Assembly: GCA_902524235.1 (NCBI GenBank)
Contig: CABZCF010000004.1
Location: 4,788 to 68,787, forward strand
Direction of reading: 5' to 3'
DNA length: 64,000 bases
Source: an uncultured Pelagibacteraceae bacterium
GTDB lineage: Bacteria > Pseudomonadota > Alphaproteobacteria > Pelagibacterales > Pelagibacteraceae
Shown here piece after piece: positions 49,901-61,825 of the stretch. Position 1 is the first letter of the stretch, and each line of letters opens with the position of its first letter. The notes beneath the pieces were generated by a model. The model ran no database searches and had not been told where the DNA came from. It saw only the letters and a list, made by a program, of their open reading frames with translations. The position numbers were made by a program, and so were the translations under genes.

Positions 49901-50848
49901 ATGTCAGAAAAACCAACTAAACATACAAAAGTGTTAATAATTGGATCAGGTCCTGCTGGATATACAGCTGCAGTTTATGCAGCAAGAGCAATGTTAAAAC
50001 CAATATTAGTCTACGGCTCTGAACCAGGTGGGCAACTTACAACAACCACTGATGTAGAAAATTATCCAGGATTTGCAAAAGCTATACAGGGTCCATGGTT
50101 AATGGAGCAGATGAAAGAGCAAGCTCATGCAGTTGGTACAGAAATGATTGAGGATCATATTTCATCTGTAAACCTAAAATCAAAACCTTTTGAAGCAGTA
50201 GGTGATGGTGGTCAAAAATATACTGCAGACTCAATAATTATATCTACTGGTGCACAAGCAAGATGGCTTAACTTAAAGTCAGAGCAAGAATTTAGGGGGT
50301 TTGGTGTATCTGCATGTGCAACGTGTGATGGTTTTTTCTTTAAAGATAAAGAAGTTGCAGTTGTTGGGGGTGGAAATGCAGCTGTTGAAGAGGCAATGTT
50401 TTTAACCAAATTTGCATCTAAAGTAAAATTAATACACAGACGAGATAAATTAAGAGCTGAAAAATTATTACAAACTAAATTGATGGAAAATAAAAAAATA
50501 GAAATAATATGGGACAGTGTTGTTGAAGAAGTAATTGGCGAGGATAATCCTAAAAATGTAAAAGGTATTAAAATTAAAAATGTTAAAACTAATGAAGTAA
50601 TTGAGATGAACTTAGATGGTGTTTTTATTGCAATTGGTCACGATCCTGCAACACAATTATTTAAAGAACAACTTGAAATGGATAATGAGGGATATTTGGT
50701 AACAAAATCTGACTCTACTGAAACCAACGTTCCTGGAGTTTTTGCTGCTGGAGACGTAAAGGATAAAGTGTTTAGGCAAGCTGTAACAGCTGCCGGAATG
50801 GGCTGCATGGCAGCACTTGAGGCAGAAAAACACCTCTCACATACTTAA
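49901..50848 (+). CDS. trxB: Thioredoxin reductase
   Basis: GSGPAG, CATCDG, GGGNAA and AAGDV motifs. Confidence 0.98.
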   Translation: MSEKPTKHTKVLIIGSGPAGYTAAVYAARAMLKPILVYGSEPGGQLTTTTDVENYPGFAKAIQGPWLMEQMKEQAHAVGTEMIEDHISSVNLKSKPFEAVGDGGQKYTADSIIISTGAQARWLNLKSEQEFRGFGVSACATCDGFFFKDKEVAVVGGGNAAVEEAMFLTKFASKVKLIHRRDKLRAEKLLQTKLMENKKIEIIWDSVVEEVIGEDNPKNVKGIKIKNVKTNEVIEMNLDGVFIAIGHDPATQLFKEQLEMDNEGYLVTKSDSTETNVPGVFAAGDVKDKVFRQAVTAAGMGCMAALEAEKHLSHT

Positions 50849-50852
50849 ATAA

Positions 50853-51878
50853 ATGTCTTGTAAAGTATTATTAACGGGTATTAGTGGATGGATTGGCAAA
50901 CATATAGCTATACAATTACTTAAAGAAGGTCATCATGTTGTTGGAACTGTTAGAAATGAAAATTTAATTGAGCCTACAAAGGAAACTCTAAAAAGCAAAA
51001 ACACTCCTTTAGATAATTTATCTTTTGCTGTACTAGATTTATTAAAAGATGAAGGCTGGGATGAGGCTGCAAAAGGATGCAGATATACAATGCACGTTGC
51101 GTCTCCATTTCCAATAAAAGTTTCTAATAATAGACAAAAATTAGTTCCTGCAGCTAAGGATGGGACTTTAAGGGTTTTAAAAGCAAGTATTAATGCAGGG
51201 GTTGATCAGATAATTTTAACTTCATCTATAGTTGCGATGTTTAGAAAACCAAATCGAACAAGTCCATACTCTTTTGGAGAAAATGATTGGACTGATATTA
51301 ATTGGGAAAAAGGTGTTAGTGATTATTTTTTATCAAAAACAGTTGCAGAAAAAGCAGCTTGGGAATATATGGAAAGTAAAGGTTTAAAAGACAAATTAAC
51401 TGTTATTAATCCTGGAGGAGTTTTTGGAGATGCGCTTGATAGTAAAGAGTGCACATCAATTGAATACGTCAAACAATTTTTAAAAGGTAAATTTCCTGCA
51501 GCACCAAAATGGGGAGTATTAATTTCACATGTCGAAGACGTAGCTAAATCTCATGTTATCTGCATGGGTAAAATAGGGGTTGGAGGCCGAAGATTAATTG
51601 TTGGAAGAGATGTTAAAACATTACTTGAATTATCAAATATAATGGCAGAGGCTCTGCCAGACTACGCAAAAAAACTTCCAAAAAGAGAATTGCCAAATTT
51701 TATGGTTAAATTAATCAGCTTAGTAGATTCAAGTGCAAAAACTATGATACCTGATCTTCAAATAGTTATGCAAACAGACACTACTTACTCAGAGGATTTG
51801 CTAGGAATGAAATTTAAATCTGCAGAAAGTGCAATGTCAGAAGCTGCAAAGTCAGTTGTTAGACTTGGCTTAGTTTAA
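50853..51878 (+). CDS. NAD-dependent epimerase/aldehyde reductase (extended SDR)
   Basis: TGISGWIG, HVASP, TSS and YFLSK (YxxxK) motifs. Confidence 0.88.
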   Translation: MSCKVLLTGISGWIGKHIAIQLLKEGHHVVGTVRNENLIEPTKETLKSKNTPLDNLSFAVLDLLKDEGWDEAAKGCRYTMHVASPFPIKVSNNRQKLVPAAKDGTLRVLKASINAGVDQIILTSSIVAMFRKPNRTSPYSFGENDWTDINWEKGVSDYFLSKTVAEKAAWEYMESKGLKDKLTVINPGGVFGDALDSKECTSIEYVKQFLKGKFPAAPKWGVLISHVEDVAKSHVICMGKIGVGGRRLIVGRDVKTLLELSNIMAEALPDYAKKLPKRELPNFMVKLISLVDSSAKTMIPDLQIVMQTDTTYSEDLLGMKFKSAESAMSEAAKSVVRLGLV

Positions 51879-52526
51879 AACTAATTCCTCTATTTGATCA
51901 GATTCAAAAATTTTTTGATTGTTATCAGAATTTAAGGCTTTAATCATTGCTTTTGCAACTATCTCGGCTTTAATAGGTCTAATTTTTTTAATTTTTCCTA
52001 ATAATATAGGCGACAAAGCTTTTAGAGCTATTGAACCAATTGTTTCCCCTACTCTGAATTCTTTTCTATTTCCTAATAAAAAAGATGGTCTCATTATTGC
52101 TAATTTTGAGAAATTTAAATTTTGTAAAAATAATTCAACTTCTCCCTTATTTTTAAGATACGCGCTTGAATGGCTTGAGTCAGCGTACCCAGATGATACA
52201 TATGAGAAGTTTTTAACCAAATTTTTTTTTGCGATTTGTGCAATCTCAATTGGAATATTATACTCAATTCTTCTGTACTCCGTTTTATTAGGAGTATTTT
52301 TTTTTGTAGTTCCTATAGAAAAAAAACAATCATCCCCATTAATATAAGATTTAATTGGCTCTAGATTTATAAAATTATTCTCAATCACTTCAACTTTTGC
52401 ATTTATATTTGAGGGAGGAGATCTTACAAATATCTTTATTTTATCGTAATTATTATTATTGATTAATTGGTCTAATACATGACTACCAACTAGTCCTGAT
52501 GACCCAAAAACTAAAGCTGTTTTCAT
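51870..52526 (-). CDS. NAD(P)-binding oxidoreductase (TIP30/YraR-like)
   Basis: GSSGLVG, YLKNKGEVE and RPSFLLGNR motifs. Confidence 0.85.
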   Translation of the reverse strand: MKTALVFGSSGLVGSHVLDQLINNNNYDKIKIFVRSPPSNINAKVEVIENNFINLEPIKSYINGDDCFFSIGTTKKNTPNKTEYRRIEYNIPIEIAQIAKKNLVKNFSYVSSGYADSSHSSAYLKNKGEVELFLQNLNFSKLAIMRPSFLLGNRKEFRVGETIGSIALKALSPILLGKIKKIRPIKAEIVAKAMIKALNSDNNQKIFESDQIEELVLN

Positions 52527-52530
52527 TTTT

Positions 52531-53718
52531 TTATTTTAATTTTTCACAAAAGCCTTGAATTCTTTTTAAAGCAACTTTTAAATTTTTCATTGATGTGGCA
52601 TATGAAATTCTAAAATATCCGTCTAAACCAAACGCTGAACCTTGAACAACAGCAACGTTTGCTTTTTCCAATAATTTTTTAACAAAATCACTATCTTTTT
52701 TTAAATTATTTTTTTTTCCTAATAGTTTTTTACAATTTGGAAATACATAAAACGCACCATTTGGTTTTAAGCAATTTATACCTTTTATAGAATTTAAAGA
52801 TTTTACAACAAAATCCCTTCGCTCTTTAAAAGATTTTGCCCTAGTTTTAATAAATTTTTGAGTTCCATTTAATGCTTCAACAGATGCGGCCTGACTTATT
52901 GAGGATGGATTTGAAGTTGATTGCGATTGAATTTTTCTAATAGCATTAATTATTTCTACTGGGCCAGCTGCATATCCAATTCTCCAACCAGTCATGGCAT
53001 ATGATTTACTAACACCATTCATTGTTAAAACTCTATTTTTAATTTTAGGAATTTGAGCAATTGTAAAAAATTTAAAATTATCATATCTAACATGCTCATA
53101 TATATCATCACTTAAAATGAAAATTTTTTTGTTTCGTAAAAGAATTTTTGATAATTTTAATATTTCTTTTTTGGTATACCCAGATCCAGTTGGATTTGAA
53201 GGTGAATTAAGAATTAGCCATTTAGTCTTTTTCGAAATAGCTTTTTTTAATTTTTGTGGTGTAAGCTTAAATCCATCTGTTTCATCACATTTTACAAATT
53301 TGGGTTTTCCGCCCGCAAGAAGAACCATGTCTGGATATGAAACCCAGTATGGAGCTGGTATAATTACTTCATCTCCCTTATTAAGAGTTGCCATAAATGC
53401 ATTATATAAAACTTGCTTCCCTCCAGTTCCAACGGTTATTTGATTTATATTATAGGAAAGATTATTTTCTTTTTTAAATTTTTTGATAATTGCTTTTTTA
53501 AGTTCGGGCGTTCCATCAACAGCGGTATATTTTGTGTCCCCTGACTTTATCGCTTTAATTGCAGCTCTCTTAATGTTCTCTGGTGTATCAAAATCAGGCT
53601 CTCCAGCACCTAAACCAATTACATCTTTGCCAGCAGCTCTTAGTTCTCTAGCTTTTTGAGTAACAGCGATTGTTGGGGAGGGTTTAATTCTCTTTAAACT
53701 GCTAGATATTATGCTCAT
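52531..53718 (-). CDS. Aspartate aminotransferase (class I PLP)
   Basis: GEPDFDTP, NSPSNPTG, DDIYE and SKSYAMTGWRIG motifs. Confidence 0.93.
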   Translation of the reverse strand: MSIISSSLKRIKPSPTIAVTQKARELRAAGKDVIGLGAGEPDFDTPENIKRAAIKAIKSGDTKYTAVDGTPELKKAIIKKFKKENNLSYNINQITVGTGGKQVLYNAFMATLNKGDEVIIPAPYWVSYPDMVLLAGGKPKFVKCDETDGFKLTPQKLKKAISKKTKWLILNSPSNPTGSGYTKKEILKLSKILLRNKKIFILSDDIYEHVRYDNFKFFTIAQIPKIKNRVLTMNGVSKSYAMTGWRIGYAAGPVEIINAIRKIQSQSTSNPSSISQAASVEALNGTQKFIKTRAKSFKERRDFVVKSLNSIKGINCLKPNGAFYVFPNCKKLLGKKNNLKKDSDFVKKLLEKANVAVVQGSAFGLDGYFRISYATSMKNLKVALKRIQGFCEKLK

Positions 53719-53754
53719 TGAAATATATTTTTATTTTATTACTTTGTTTAATAT

Positions 53755-55930
53755 ATGCAAAATACTTATCAAGATTTAATTACAGATATTCAAAGTAAAT
53801 CTCCTCAAATTAGTGGAAAACTCGAAGGGGGTAAACAATTTAAAATAAAGTCTGATTTTAAACCTGCAGGTGATCAACCTGAAGCAATTAAAAAGTTAGT
53901 AGCTGGCGCAAAAAAAAACGAATTTAATCAAGTTCTTCTTGGAGTGACTGGTTCAGGAAAAACATTTACGATGGCTAAAATTATTGAGGCAACCAACAGA
54001 CCAGCACTGGTTCTTGCTCCAAATAAAACTTTGGCAGCACAATTGTATGGTGAGATGAAAGCTTTTTTTCCAGATAACGCTGTCGAATACTTTGTTTCTT
54101 ATTATGATTATTACACACCAGAAGCTTACGTACCAAGGTCAGATACATATATAGAAAAAGAAGCTTCTATAAACGAGCAAATTGATAGAATGAGGCATTC
54201 TGCAACTAGATCTCTTCTTGAGAGAGATGACGTTTTAATTGTTGCAAGTGTATCATGTATTTACGGATTAGGCTCTGTTGAAGCATACAGCAAAATGACT
54301 TTAACATTGCAAAAAAACTATGATTACAATCGTGAACAAATTATAAAATCTTTGGTTGCTTTACAGTACAAAAGAAATGATCAAAACTTCTTTCGTGGCA
54401 CGTTTAGGGCAAGAGGTGAATATTTAGAAATTTTTCCTTCACATCTTGAGGATCGCGCGTGGAGATTGAGTTTGTTTGGAGATAAATTAGAAAAAATAGA
54501 GGAATTTGATCCTTTAACTGGAGATCAAGTTAGAGAATTGAACTTGGTGAAGATTTACGCAAATAGTCATTATATAACTCCTAAACCGACTGTAGAGCAA
54601 GCAGTCATAAATATTAGAAAAGAGTTAGAGTTAACTCTAAAAAAACATAGATCAGAAAATAAATTACTAGAAGCCCAAAGGTTAGAAGAAAGAACAAAAT
54701 TCGATTTGGAAATGATAGAGGCTACCGGATCATGTGCTGGCATTGAAAACTATTCAAGATTTTTATCGGGAAGAAAACCTGGAGAACCCCCACCCACTTT
54801 ATTTGAATATTTTCCTGATAATGCTCTTATATTTGTTGACGAGTCTCATGTTACAGTTCCGCAGTTAAATGGAATGTTTAAAGGTGATAGGTCAAGAAAG
54901 AGCACGCTTGCAGAATATGGTTTTAGACTTCCATCTTGTATGGATAATAGACCTTTAAAATTTGAGGAATGGGATCTAATGAGAACACAAACTATTTTCG
55001 TATCTGCAACACCTGGACCATGGGAGTTAGATCAGACTAAAGGTAAATTTGTTGATCAAGTTATAAGACCAACTGGCTTAATTGATCCATTAGTTGAAAT
55101 TCGTCCAGCAAAAAATCAAGTGGATGACTTGATGCATGAATGTAAAGAAGTTGTAAAAAATAATTATAGAGTTTTAGTAACAACATTAACAAAAAAAAAT
55201 GGCTGAAGATTTAACAGAATATCTGCATGAAAATGGTGTTAAAGTTAGATACATGCACTCTGATATTGATACTTTGGAGAGAATTGAAATCATGAGAGAT
55301 CTTAGAATGGGAGTTTTTGATGTTTTAGTTGGTATCAACTTGTTAAGAGAAGGTTTAGATATACCAGAATGTGCTCTTGTTGGAATACTAGATGCAGACA
55401 AAGAGGGATTTTTAAGATCAGAAACTTCCTTAATTCAAACAATTGGTAGAGCGGCAAGAAATGTGGATGGCAAGGTAATACTTTATGCCGACAAGGAAAC
55501 TAAAAGTATTAAAAAAGCTATTAAAGAAACTGATCGAAGAAGGGAAATTCAACTAAAATATAATAAAAAACATAAGATAGATGCAAAATCTGTAAAGAAA
55601 GAAATAGGAGACATTCTTGAAAGTGTTTACGAAAAAGATTACGTAAAAATAAGTGAAGGATCTAATATTGGTGGTAACTTAAAGAAACATTTGAAAGCTT
55701 TAGACAAAAAAATGAAAGAGTCTGCATCTAACCTAGAATTTGAAGAAGCAGCAAAAATAAGAGATGAAATAAGAAAACTTCAAAGTACAGAATTAGAAAT
55801 AACATTGAACCCTAAAATAAGACAATATGATGTTAAAAACAAAGTTTACCCAAAGGGAAGATCTACTTTAGGAATGCCTGGAACTAGAGTTACTAAAAAA
55901 AGAGACAAAAAATGGAAGCACGCAAGATAA
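53755..55930 (+). pseudogene. uvrB: Excinuclease ABC subunit B, split by a +1 frameshift at A9 (55191-55199); may be a sequencing error
   Basis: ORF1 has GVTGSGKT and DESH and ends [12 protein letters not shown]2 starts MAEDLTEYL. The conserved motif TTLTKKMAEDL needs 8 A and the sequence has 9. Confidence 0.9.
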
Positions 55931-56667
55931 TAATTACTGGTGGAGCTACTAGAATAGGTGCGTCAATAGCTAAAAAACTATCTGGTAATAAAGTTGAGAT
56001 AGTAATTCATTTTAATAAGTCTCGTACAAAAGCAATAGCGTTAAAAAAAGAACTAGAGAAAAATGGTACAAAAATCTACTTGGTAAAAGGAAATTTGAAC
56101 AAAGAAGAAGACATAAGAAAAATAATTAAAAGTTCCAAAAAGTATTTAAAATATTTCGAATGTCTTATTAATAACGCATCGATGTTTGAAAATGATAAAT
56201 TAGAAAATTTCTCCTCTGAAAGTTGGGATAAACATTTAAATATCAATTTGAAAGCACCAGCACTTTTAACCAGAGAATTTGCAAAAAATGTCAAAGGTAA
56301 AAATAACAATGTTATTAACATCATTGATCAAAGAGTATTTAAACTTACTCCATTCTTTTTTTCTTACACATTAAGCAAAACCGGTCTTTATACTTTAACT
56401 AAAACATCTGCTATGAGCTTAGCACCTAAAATAAGAGTAAATGGTATAGCACCAGGGCCAACTATCAAAAATAAAAGGCAGTCTAAAATTCATTTTAAAA
56501 AACAGTATTTAGCGACTCCTTTAAAAAAACAAGTAAATGTTGATGAAATATCAAACGCTGTTGACTTTTTTATAAAAAGCAGCTCTATAACTGGTCAGGT
56601 AATTTCGATTGATAGTGGTCAAAGCTTAAACTGGCAAACGCCAGATATAATGGGAGGAAAAGAGTGA
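55912..56667 (+). CDS. SDR oxidoreductase, pteridine reductase/FolM-like
   Basis: [17 protein letters not shown] and VNGIAPG motifs; near folB. Confidence 0.85.
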   Translation: MEARKIIITGGATRIGASIAKKLSGNKVEIVIHFNKSRTKAIALKKELEKNGTKIYLVKGNLNKEEDIRKIIKSSKKYLKYFECLINNASMFENDKLENFSSESWDKHLNINLKAPALLTREFAKNVKGKNNNVINIIDQRVFKLTPFFFSYTLSKTGLYTLTKTSAMSLAPKIRVNGIAPGPTIKNKRQSKIHFKKQYLATPLKKQVNVDEISNAVDFFIKSSSITGQVISIDSGQSLNWQTPDIMGGKE

Positions 56668-57617
56668 AAAAATTTTTAGGTCTTATTTTGATTAATTTAT
56701 TATTATGTAGCAATGTTTACGCAAACTCAAATGATAGAATTAAAACAGATGGTTTTGTAATACCCACAAATAAATGGAAAGATAAAATTAAAATTGACGA
56801 AAATTTTGAAGTAAATAACCCCAAAGATAAAATAATCATAATATACAATCATGGTTCTGATGGAAATGATGTTAAACTAAAACATTGTTTCTGGCTATCG
56901 GAGCTTAGAAATTGGGCTCAGCTTGCTGGTGATAAAATAAATGATAAAGAAATTATGGTTTATATACACTGCCAAGGTCAACTAGAGGGTGATTTAGGTG
57001 CCAAACTTGGAAGAATAGGGATGTGGACCAAAAAGTGGGAAGGACCTTATCCAGGGACCTCAAAAATGGATAGAAGAGTTGAGGGGAATTTAAAGATTAT
57101 TAAGAAATTTGTTAACTTAGGTGTGCCAAAAAAACAAATTTTTATGTCAGGTCATTCTTGCGGAGGCTGGGCAACGTTAAGGTTAACTGCACAACATATG
57201 AATGAAGTAGGTGGTGGTATATCGTTGATGCCTGCATGTTTTTGGAATTTATCAAAAAAATATAAAGTAAAAAAAGTTGGTTACCAAAAAGCTATGGAAA
57301 AATTTCATAAAAAATATCCTGGTATGGCTGGATGGAGACAAGAACAGATTGATAGAATTAAAAAAGGAAATGCACCAGTTTTAATTTTTACTCATCCCTT
57401 GGATCCGTATGAAGGATTAACATCTGATTGGATGGATGATGTTCCTAACTTTAAGAGAATAGTAGTCTCTGAAAAAAAAACAATTAATGGAAAAAAATGT
57501 AAAATTGCTGGTTCAAGTTGGGAAGAGCCAATAAAAGATGCACATATAATAGATTTTGCCGATTGTTTTATGCATTATCACAAGCTAATAAAAGAATACA
57601 TCGCGTCAAGACTTTAG
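56664..57617 (+). CDS. Exported alpha/beta hydrolase
   Basis: Signal peptide, YNHGS, nucleophile elbow GHSCGG, DPYE and a distal His. Confidence 0.8.
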   Translation: MKKFLGLILINLLLCSNVYANSNDRIKTDGFVIPTNKWKDKIKIDENFEVNNPKDKIIIIYNHGSDGNDVKLKHCFWLSELRNWAQLAGDKINDKEIMVYIHCQGQLEGDLGAKLGRIGMWTKKWEGPYPGTSKMDRRVEGNLKIIKKFVNLGVPKKQIFMSGHSCGGWATLRLTAQHMNEVGGGISLMPACFWNLSKKYKVKKVGYQKAMEKFHKKYPGMAGWRQEQIDRIKKGNAPVLIFTHPLDPYEGLTSDWMDDVPNFKRIVVSEKKTINGKKCKIAGSSWEEPIKDAHIIDFADCFMHYHKLIKEYIASRL

Positions 57618-57621
57618 GGGT

Positions 57622-58041
57622 ATGAAAAAAAATAATTTAAAAATTGTCAAAATTGATAAAAACAAAAGTCTATTCAATTACGAAAAGAAAGTATTAATTA
57701 AAGAACTAATATTAAATATTAAATTAGGATACTATGATTTTGAAAAAGAGAAGCCTCAAAAAGTCAAATTTAGTCTAGAAGCTAATTATAAGGATAAAAA
57801 CCCAACGAACGATAAAGATCTAAAGTCTATTGTAAATTATGATAAATTAGTGAGACTAATTAAAAAGCTGGTCAGAAATAGACATTATAATTTTTTAGAA
57901 ACACTAGCAGAGGATATTTTTGATGAGCTTTTTAAAGACAAAAGAATTGATAAAATAGTCTTAAAAATTGAAAAACTAGAAATTATTAAGGATTGCTCAT
58001 CAGTAGGAATTCAAATCTCGAAAAAAAGAAGCAATGCTTAG
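57622..58041 (+). CDS. folB: Dihydroneopterin aldolase
   Basis: [18 protein letters not shown] and FLETLAE motifs. Confidence 0.88.
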   Translation: MKKNNLKIVKIDKNKSLFNYEKKVLIKELILNIKLGYYDFEKEKPQKVKFSLEANYKDKNPTNDKDLKSIVNYDKLVRLIKKLVRNRHYNFLETLAEDIFDELFKDKRIDKIVLKIEKLEIIKDCSSVGIQISKKRSNA

Positions 58042-59869
58042 TCCTGATGTCGGAAAAGACGTAATAAAAAAGGAATTGAATTTAATTCCTAAATTACCCG
58101 GAGTTTATAGAATGCTAAACTCTGATAATGAAGTACTTTATGTTGGAAAAGCCAAAAATTTACCTAATAGGCTTAAGAGTTATGTATCTGAAAAAAACCA
58201 CATTATCAGAACTGAAAGAATGTTATCTCAAACAAGAAAGTTAGAAATAACCACAACAGCCAATGAAAGTGAGGCCTTATTATTAGAGGCAAATTTAATA
58301 AAAAAATTCAAGCCAAAATTTAATATATTACTAAAAGATGATAAATCTTTTCCATATATTTTTATTTCAGATCACGAATTTCCAAGAATAGAAAGACATA
58401 GAGGCGCAAAAAATAAGTCAGGTAAATATTATGGCCCTTTTGCAAGTTCACTAGCAGTTAATAGTGCGATAAAAACAATACAGAAAATTTTTTTACTAAG
58501 ATCATGTACAGATAAGCAGGTTGAGATTGGAGAAAAAACTTGCTTCAATTATTTTTTAAAAAGATGTTCAGGGCCGTGTGGGGGAAAAATTAACAAAGAG
58601 GACTATGCAAAGTTGGTTGAAGCTACTGATGAATTTTTAAGCAAAGGTAAATCAAGAAAAATTCAAACAACATTATCCTCACAAATGGAAAAAGCTAGTG
58701 AAGATTTGGATTTTGAGAAAGCAGCTATAATTAGGGATAAAATAAAATCTTTAAATATTATACAATCCTCGTTGACTGTAAGTGAAGCTAACTTAATCGA
58801 GGCAGATGTGATAGCGGGATATAAAGAATCTGGAAAAACATGTGTCCAGGTTTTTTTTTATAGGTCAAAACAAAATTGGGGAAATCAAGCTTTTTTTCCT
58901 AAACATGATCCTGATGAAAAATTAAAAGATATATTAAATTCTTTTATTTCACAATTTTACGAAAATAAAGCTGTACCAAGACAGATAATAGTAAGTGAGG
59001 ATATAAAAGAAAAAAATTTAATAGAAAATACTTTATCTAAAAAAGAAAATAAAAATATTAAAATATCAACTGCTAAAAAGGGATCACGTTTAAGAATTGT
59101 TAGTTTGGCAATAAAAAATGCTAAAAATAGTTTAAATAGAAAACTCTATGAAAGCCAAAATAATCGAGATCTTTTAGATAATATAAGTAAAAAATTTAAT
59201 CTTGAAAATAGTATTAGCCTGATAGAAGTATATGATAATAGTCATATTCAAGGCACGAATAGTGTAGGTGCATTAATTACTTATGGCGAAGAGGGTTTCA
59301 TTAAAAAAAGGTACAGAAAATTTAATATTAAAAATGAAAAAGTTAAACAAGATGACTATGGTATGATTAAAGAAGTTTTAAGTAGACGGTTTACAAGGGC
59401 TATCAAAGAAAAAGGAAACTATTTAACTTTTCCTGACTTAGTTTTGATTGATGGTGGAAAAGGTCAATATTCTTCAGCTCGGGAAATAATGAATGAACTA
59501 GGTTTAAATGAGATACCCGTTATATCAATTGCTAAAGGTAAATTTAGAAATAGAGGAGATGAAACTTTTTTTTACAATGGTAAAAATTACAAATTTTTGA
59601 AAAATGACCCAACCCTATTTTTTCTACAGAGAATAAGAGACGAGGCGCATAGATTTGCTATTAGCGCACATAGATTGAAGAGAAAAAAAGGCATTAGTAA
59701 ATCTTTACTTGATCAAATTGAGGGTGTCGGGGGCACAAGAAAAAGGGCTTTATTAAACCATTTTGGTTCAGCTAGAGCAGTAGAATCTGCTAGTTTAGAT
59801 GAAATTAAGTCTGTCGATGGTATAGAGGAAAAAGTGGCAAAAAAAATATATAACTATTTTCACGAATGA
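58034..59869 (+). CDS. uvrC: Excinuclease ABC subunit C
   Basis: GIY-YIG ([15 protein letters not shown]), [21 protein letters not shown] and an HhH region. Confidence 0.98.
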   Translation: MLSPDVGKDVIKKELNLIPKLPGVYRMLNSDNEVLYVGKAKNLPNRLKSYVSEKNHIIRTERMLSQTRKLEITTTANESEALLLEANLIKKFKPKFNILLKDDKSFPYIFISDHEFPRIERHRGAKNKSGKYYGPFASSLAVNSAIKTIQKIFLLRSCTDKQVEIGEKTCFNYFLKRCSGPCGGKINKEDYAKLVEATDEFLSKGKSRKIQTTLSSQMEKASEDLDFEKAAIIRDKIKSLNIIQSSLTVSEANLIEADVIAGYKESGKTCVQVFFYRSKQNWGNQAFFPKHDPDEKLKDILNSFISQFYENKAVPRQIIVSEDIKEKNLIENTLSKKENKNIKISTAKKGSRLRIVSLAIKNAKNSLNRKLYESQNNRDLLDNISKKFNLENSISLIEVYDNSHIQGTNSVGALITYGEEGFIKKRYRKFNIKNEKVKQDDYGMIKEVLSRRFTRAIKEKGNYLTFPDLVLIDGGKGQYSSAREIMNELGLNEIPVISIAKGKFRNRGDETFFYNGKNYKFLKNDPTLFFLQRIRDEAHRFAISAHRLKRKKGISKSLLDQIEGVGGTRKRALLNHFGSARAVESASLDEIKSVDGIEEKVAKKIYNYFHE

Positions 59870-60450
59870 AAATTAAAATCCCAAATTATTTAACAATTGG
59901 AAGAATAATTATTGTACCAATTTTTGTATTAACATTTTATTTACCTGGTTTTTATGGTGACATAATACCTTTTTCTTTATTTGTAATAGCTTCATTTACA
60001 GATTTCTTAGACGGGCTTTTAGCAAGAATGTATAAAGAAGAGTCTAAATTAGGAGAGTTGTTAGATCCTATTGCTGATAAAATTATTGTTGCTACAGCAT
60101 TGATTTTACTTGTTATGGATGGAACAATAAAAAACTTTGAGGTAATTGCAGCTATAATAATTTTAACACGAGAAATTTTAATTTCTGGATTAAGAGAATT
60201 TTTAGCAAAAGGTAAGGTCAATATGCCAGTTTCAGGTTTGGCGAAATTAAAAACATTTCTACAAATGTTTGCTATTTCTATATTGCTCTTAGGGCAGACG
60301 GGTAATAAAATAATTAATTTTCAAGATTATAATGCACAAACGATTGGAATTATAATATTATGGTTATCAGCGTTTTTAACGCTTTATACTGGATATGATT
60401 ATTTAAGAAAAGGGATTGACCATGCAATCTCGGAAGATGAAAAAAATTAA
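59866..60450 (+). CDS. pgsA: CDP-diacylglycerol--glycerol-3-phosphate 3-phosphatidyltransferase
   Basis: IPNYLT and [10 protein letters not shown]...[10 protein letters not shown] motifs. Confidence 0.95.
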   Translation: MKIKIPNYLTIGRIIIVPIFVLTFYLPGFYGDIIPFSLFVIASFTDFLDGLLARMYKEESKLGELLDPIADKIIVATALILLVMDGTIKNFEVIAAIIILTREILISGLREFLAKGKVNMPVSGLAKLKTFLQMFAISILLLGQTGNKIINFQDYNAQTIGIIILWLSAFLTLYTGYDYLRKGIDHAISEDEKN

Positions 60451-61328
60451 GCTGCTTTCTTTTTTCTGACAGTTTGCTGATAACTCTCAGATAATTTGAT
60501 TATCGTATTACATACTTCGTAATTAAATTTATCAATCTGAGATACGGGGGTAACTTCAGCAGCAGTACCGGTTAAAAAACATCCTACAAAGTTTTTGAGT
60601 TCCTCAGGTTTAATCTTTCTCTCATTAACTTTTATATTCATCGAATTTGCAATTTCAATTACTGTTCTTCTTGTAATTCCATCTAAAAAAGAATCTGGAA
60701 TTGGGGTATGCAAAGTCCCGTCTTTATCTTTAAAAAAAATGTTTGCTCCAGTAGCCTCTGCAACATATCCCTCGTGATCTAGCATCAATGAATCTGTATA
60801 GCCTTGTTTTTCAGCTTCATGTTTTGATAAGGTACAAATCATATATAAACCCGCAGCTTTAGTGTCCCATGGAATTGTATTAGGGGCAGGACGTCTCCAA
60901 TTAGAAATATTTAATTTGATACCCTCTAATTTTAATTTTGGATCAAAGTATGATCCCCATTCCCAAGTTGCTATTGCAACATGTATTTTTGTTTGTTGGG
61001 CAGAAATTGCCATCATTTCACTTCCTCTCCAAGCAACAGGTCTCACATAACCATTTTTTACATTTTGGGTTAGTACAATTTTATTTGATGCTTGATTAAT
61101 TTCTTTTTCAGAATATGGAATTTCAAAACCCATTCTTCTTGCAGAATGGAAAAATCTTGAGGTATGTTCATCTAATTTAAATATATCTCCGTCATACACT
61201 CGCTCTCCCTCAAAAACACAACTCGCGTAGTGTAAACCATGGCTTAATACATGTAGTTTAACGTCTTGCCAATCAACAAGCTCGTTATTGTACCAAATTT
61301 TTCCGTCTCTTTTATCGTAGGGTATCAT
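60447..61328 (-). CDS. ilvE: Branched-chain amino acid aminotransferase
   Basis: HGLHYASCVFEG, EATGANIF, LDGITR and TGTAAEV motifs. Confidence 0.95.
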   Translation of the reverse strand: MIPYDKRDGKIWYNNELVDWQDVKLHVLSHGLHYASCVFEGERVYDGDIFKLDEHTSRFFHSARRMGFEIPYSEKEINQASNKIVLTQNVKNGYVRPVAWRGSEMMAISAQQTKIHVAIATWEWGSYFDPKLKLEGIKLNISNWRRPAPNTIPWDTKAAGLYMICTLSKHEAEKQGYTDSLMLDHEGYVAEATGANIFFKDKDGTLHTPIPDSFLDGITRRTVIEIANSMNIKVNERKIKPEELKNFVGCFLTGTAAEVTPVSQIDKFNYEVCNTIIKLSESYQQTVRKKKAA

Positions 61329-61387
61329 TAGATTTTATTAACAAAAAATATCTTTGTATGTATAATATGTCAATATAACTTACCAAA

Positions 61388-61825
61388 ATGAAACAGTTAC
61401 TTTACCTCAAAGATAATCAATTAAAAGAATTTATAGAGAAATTATTTGTTAGTTATCGTGAAACATTCGCAGATACTAAAAAAATTTTAGATAAACATAA
61501 CCTAGGCATTGCTCATCAAAAAGTACTTCATTTGATATCTCAGTACCACGGTATTACTATTTCTGAACTATTGGGTAAACTTAAAGTCACAAAACAAAGT
61601 TTGAATAGAGTGTTAAATGATTTAATTAAAATTAATGCTCTTAAATTTAAAAAGGATACTAAGGATACACGAAAGAAACATATTTACCTAAGCGAGCAAG
61701 GTGAACATTTATTTAATCAAATTTTTTCGATACAAAAGAAAAGGATACACAAAGCTCTTCTAAACTCATCATCAGATGAAGTTTTGCATTTTAATAGTGT
61801 ACTTAAAAAAATAATTAATGAATAA
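61388..61825 (+). CDS. MarR-family regulator (PetP-like)
   Basis: Winged HTH LKVTKQSLNRVL and DTRKK; divergent from ilvE. Confidence 0.88.
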   Translation: MKQLLYLKDNQLKEFIEKLFVSYRETFADTKKILDKHNLGIAHQKVLHLISQYHGITISELLGKLKVTKQSLNRVLNDLIKINALKFKKDTKDTRKKHIYLSEQGEHLFNQIFSIQKKRIHKALLNSSSDEVLHFNSVLKKIINE

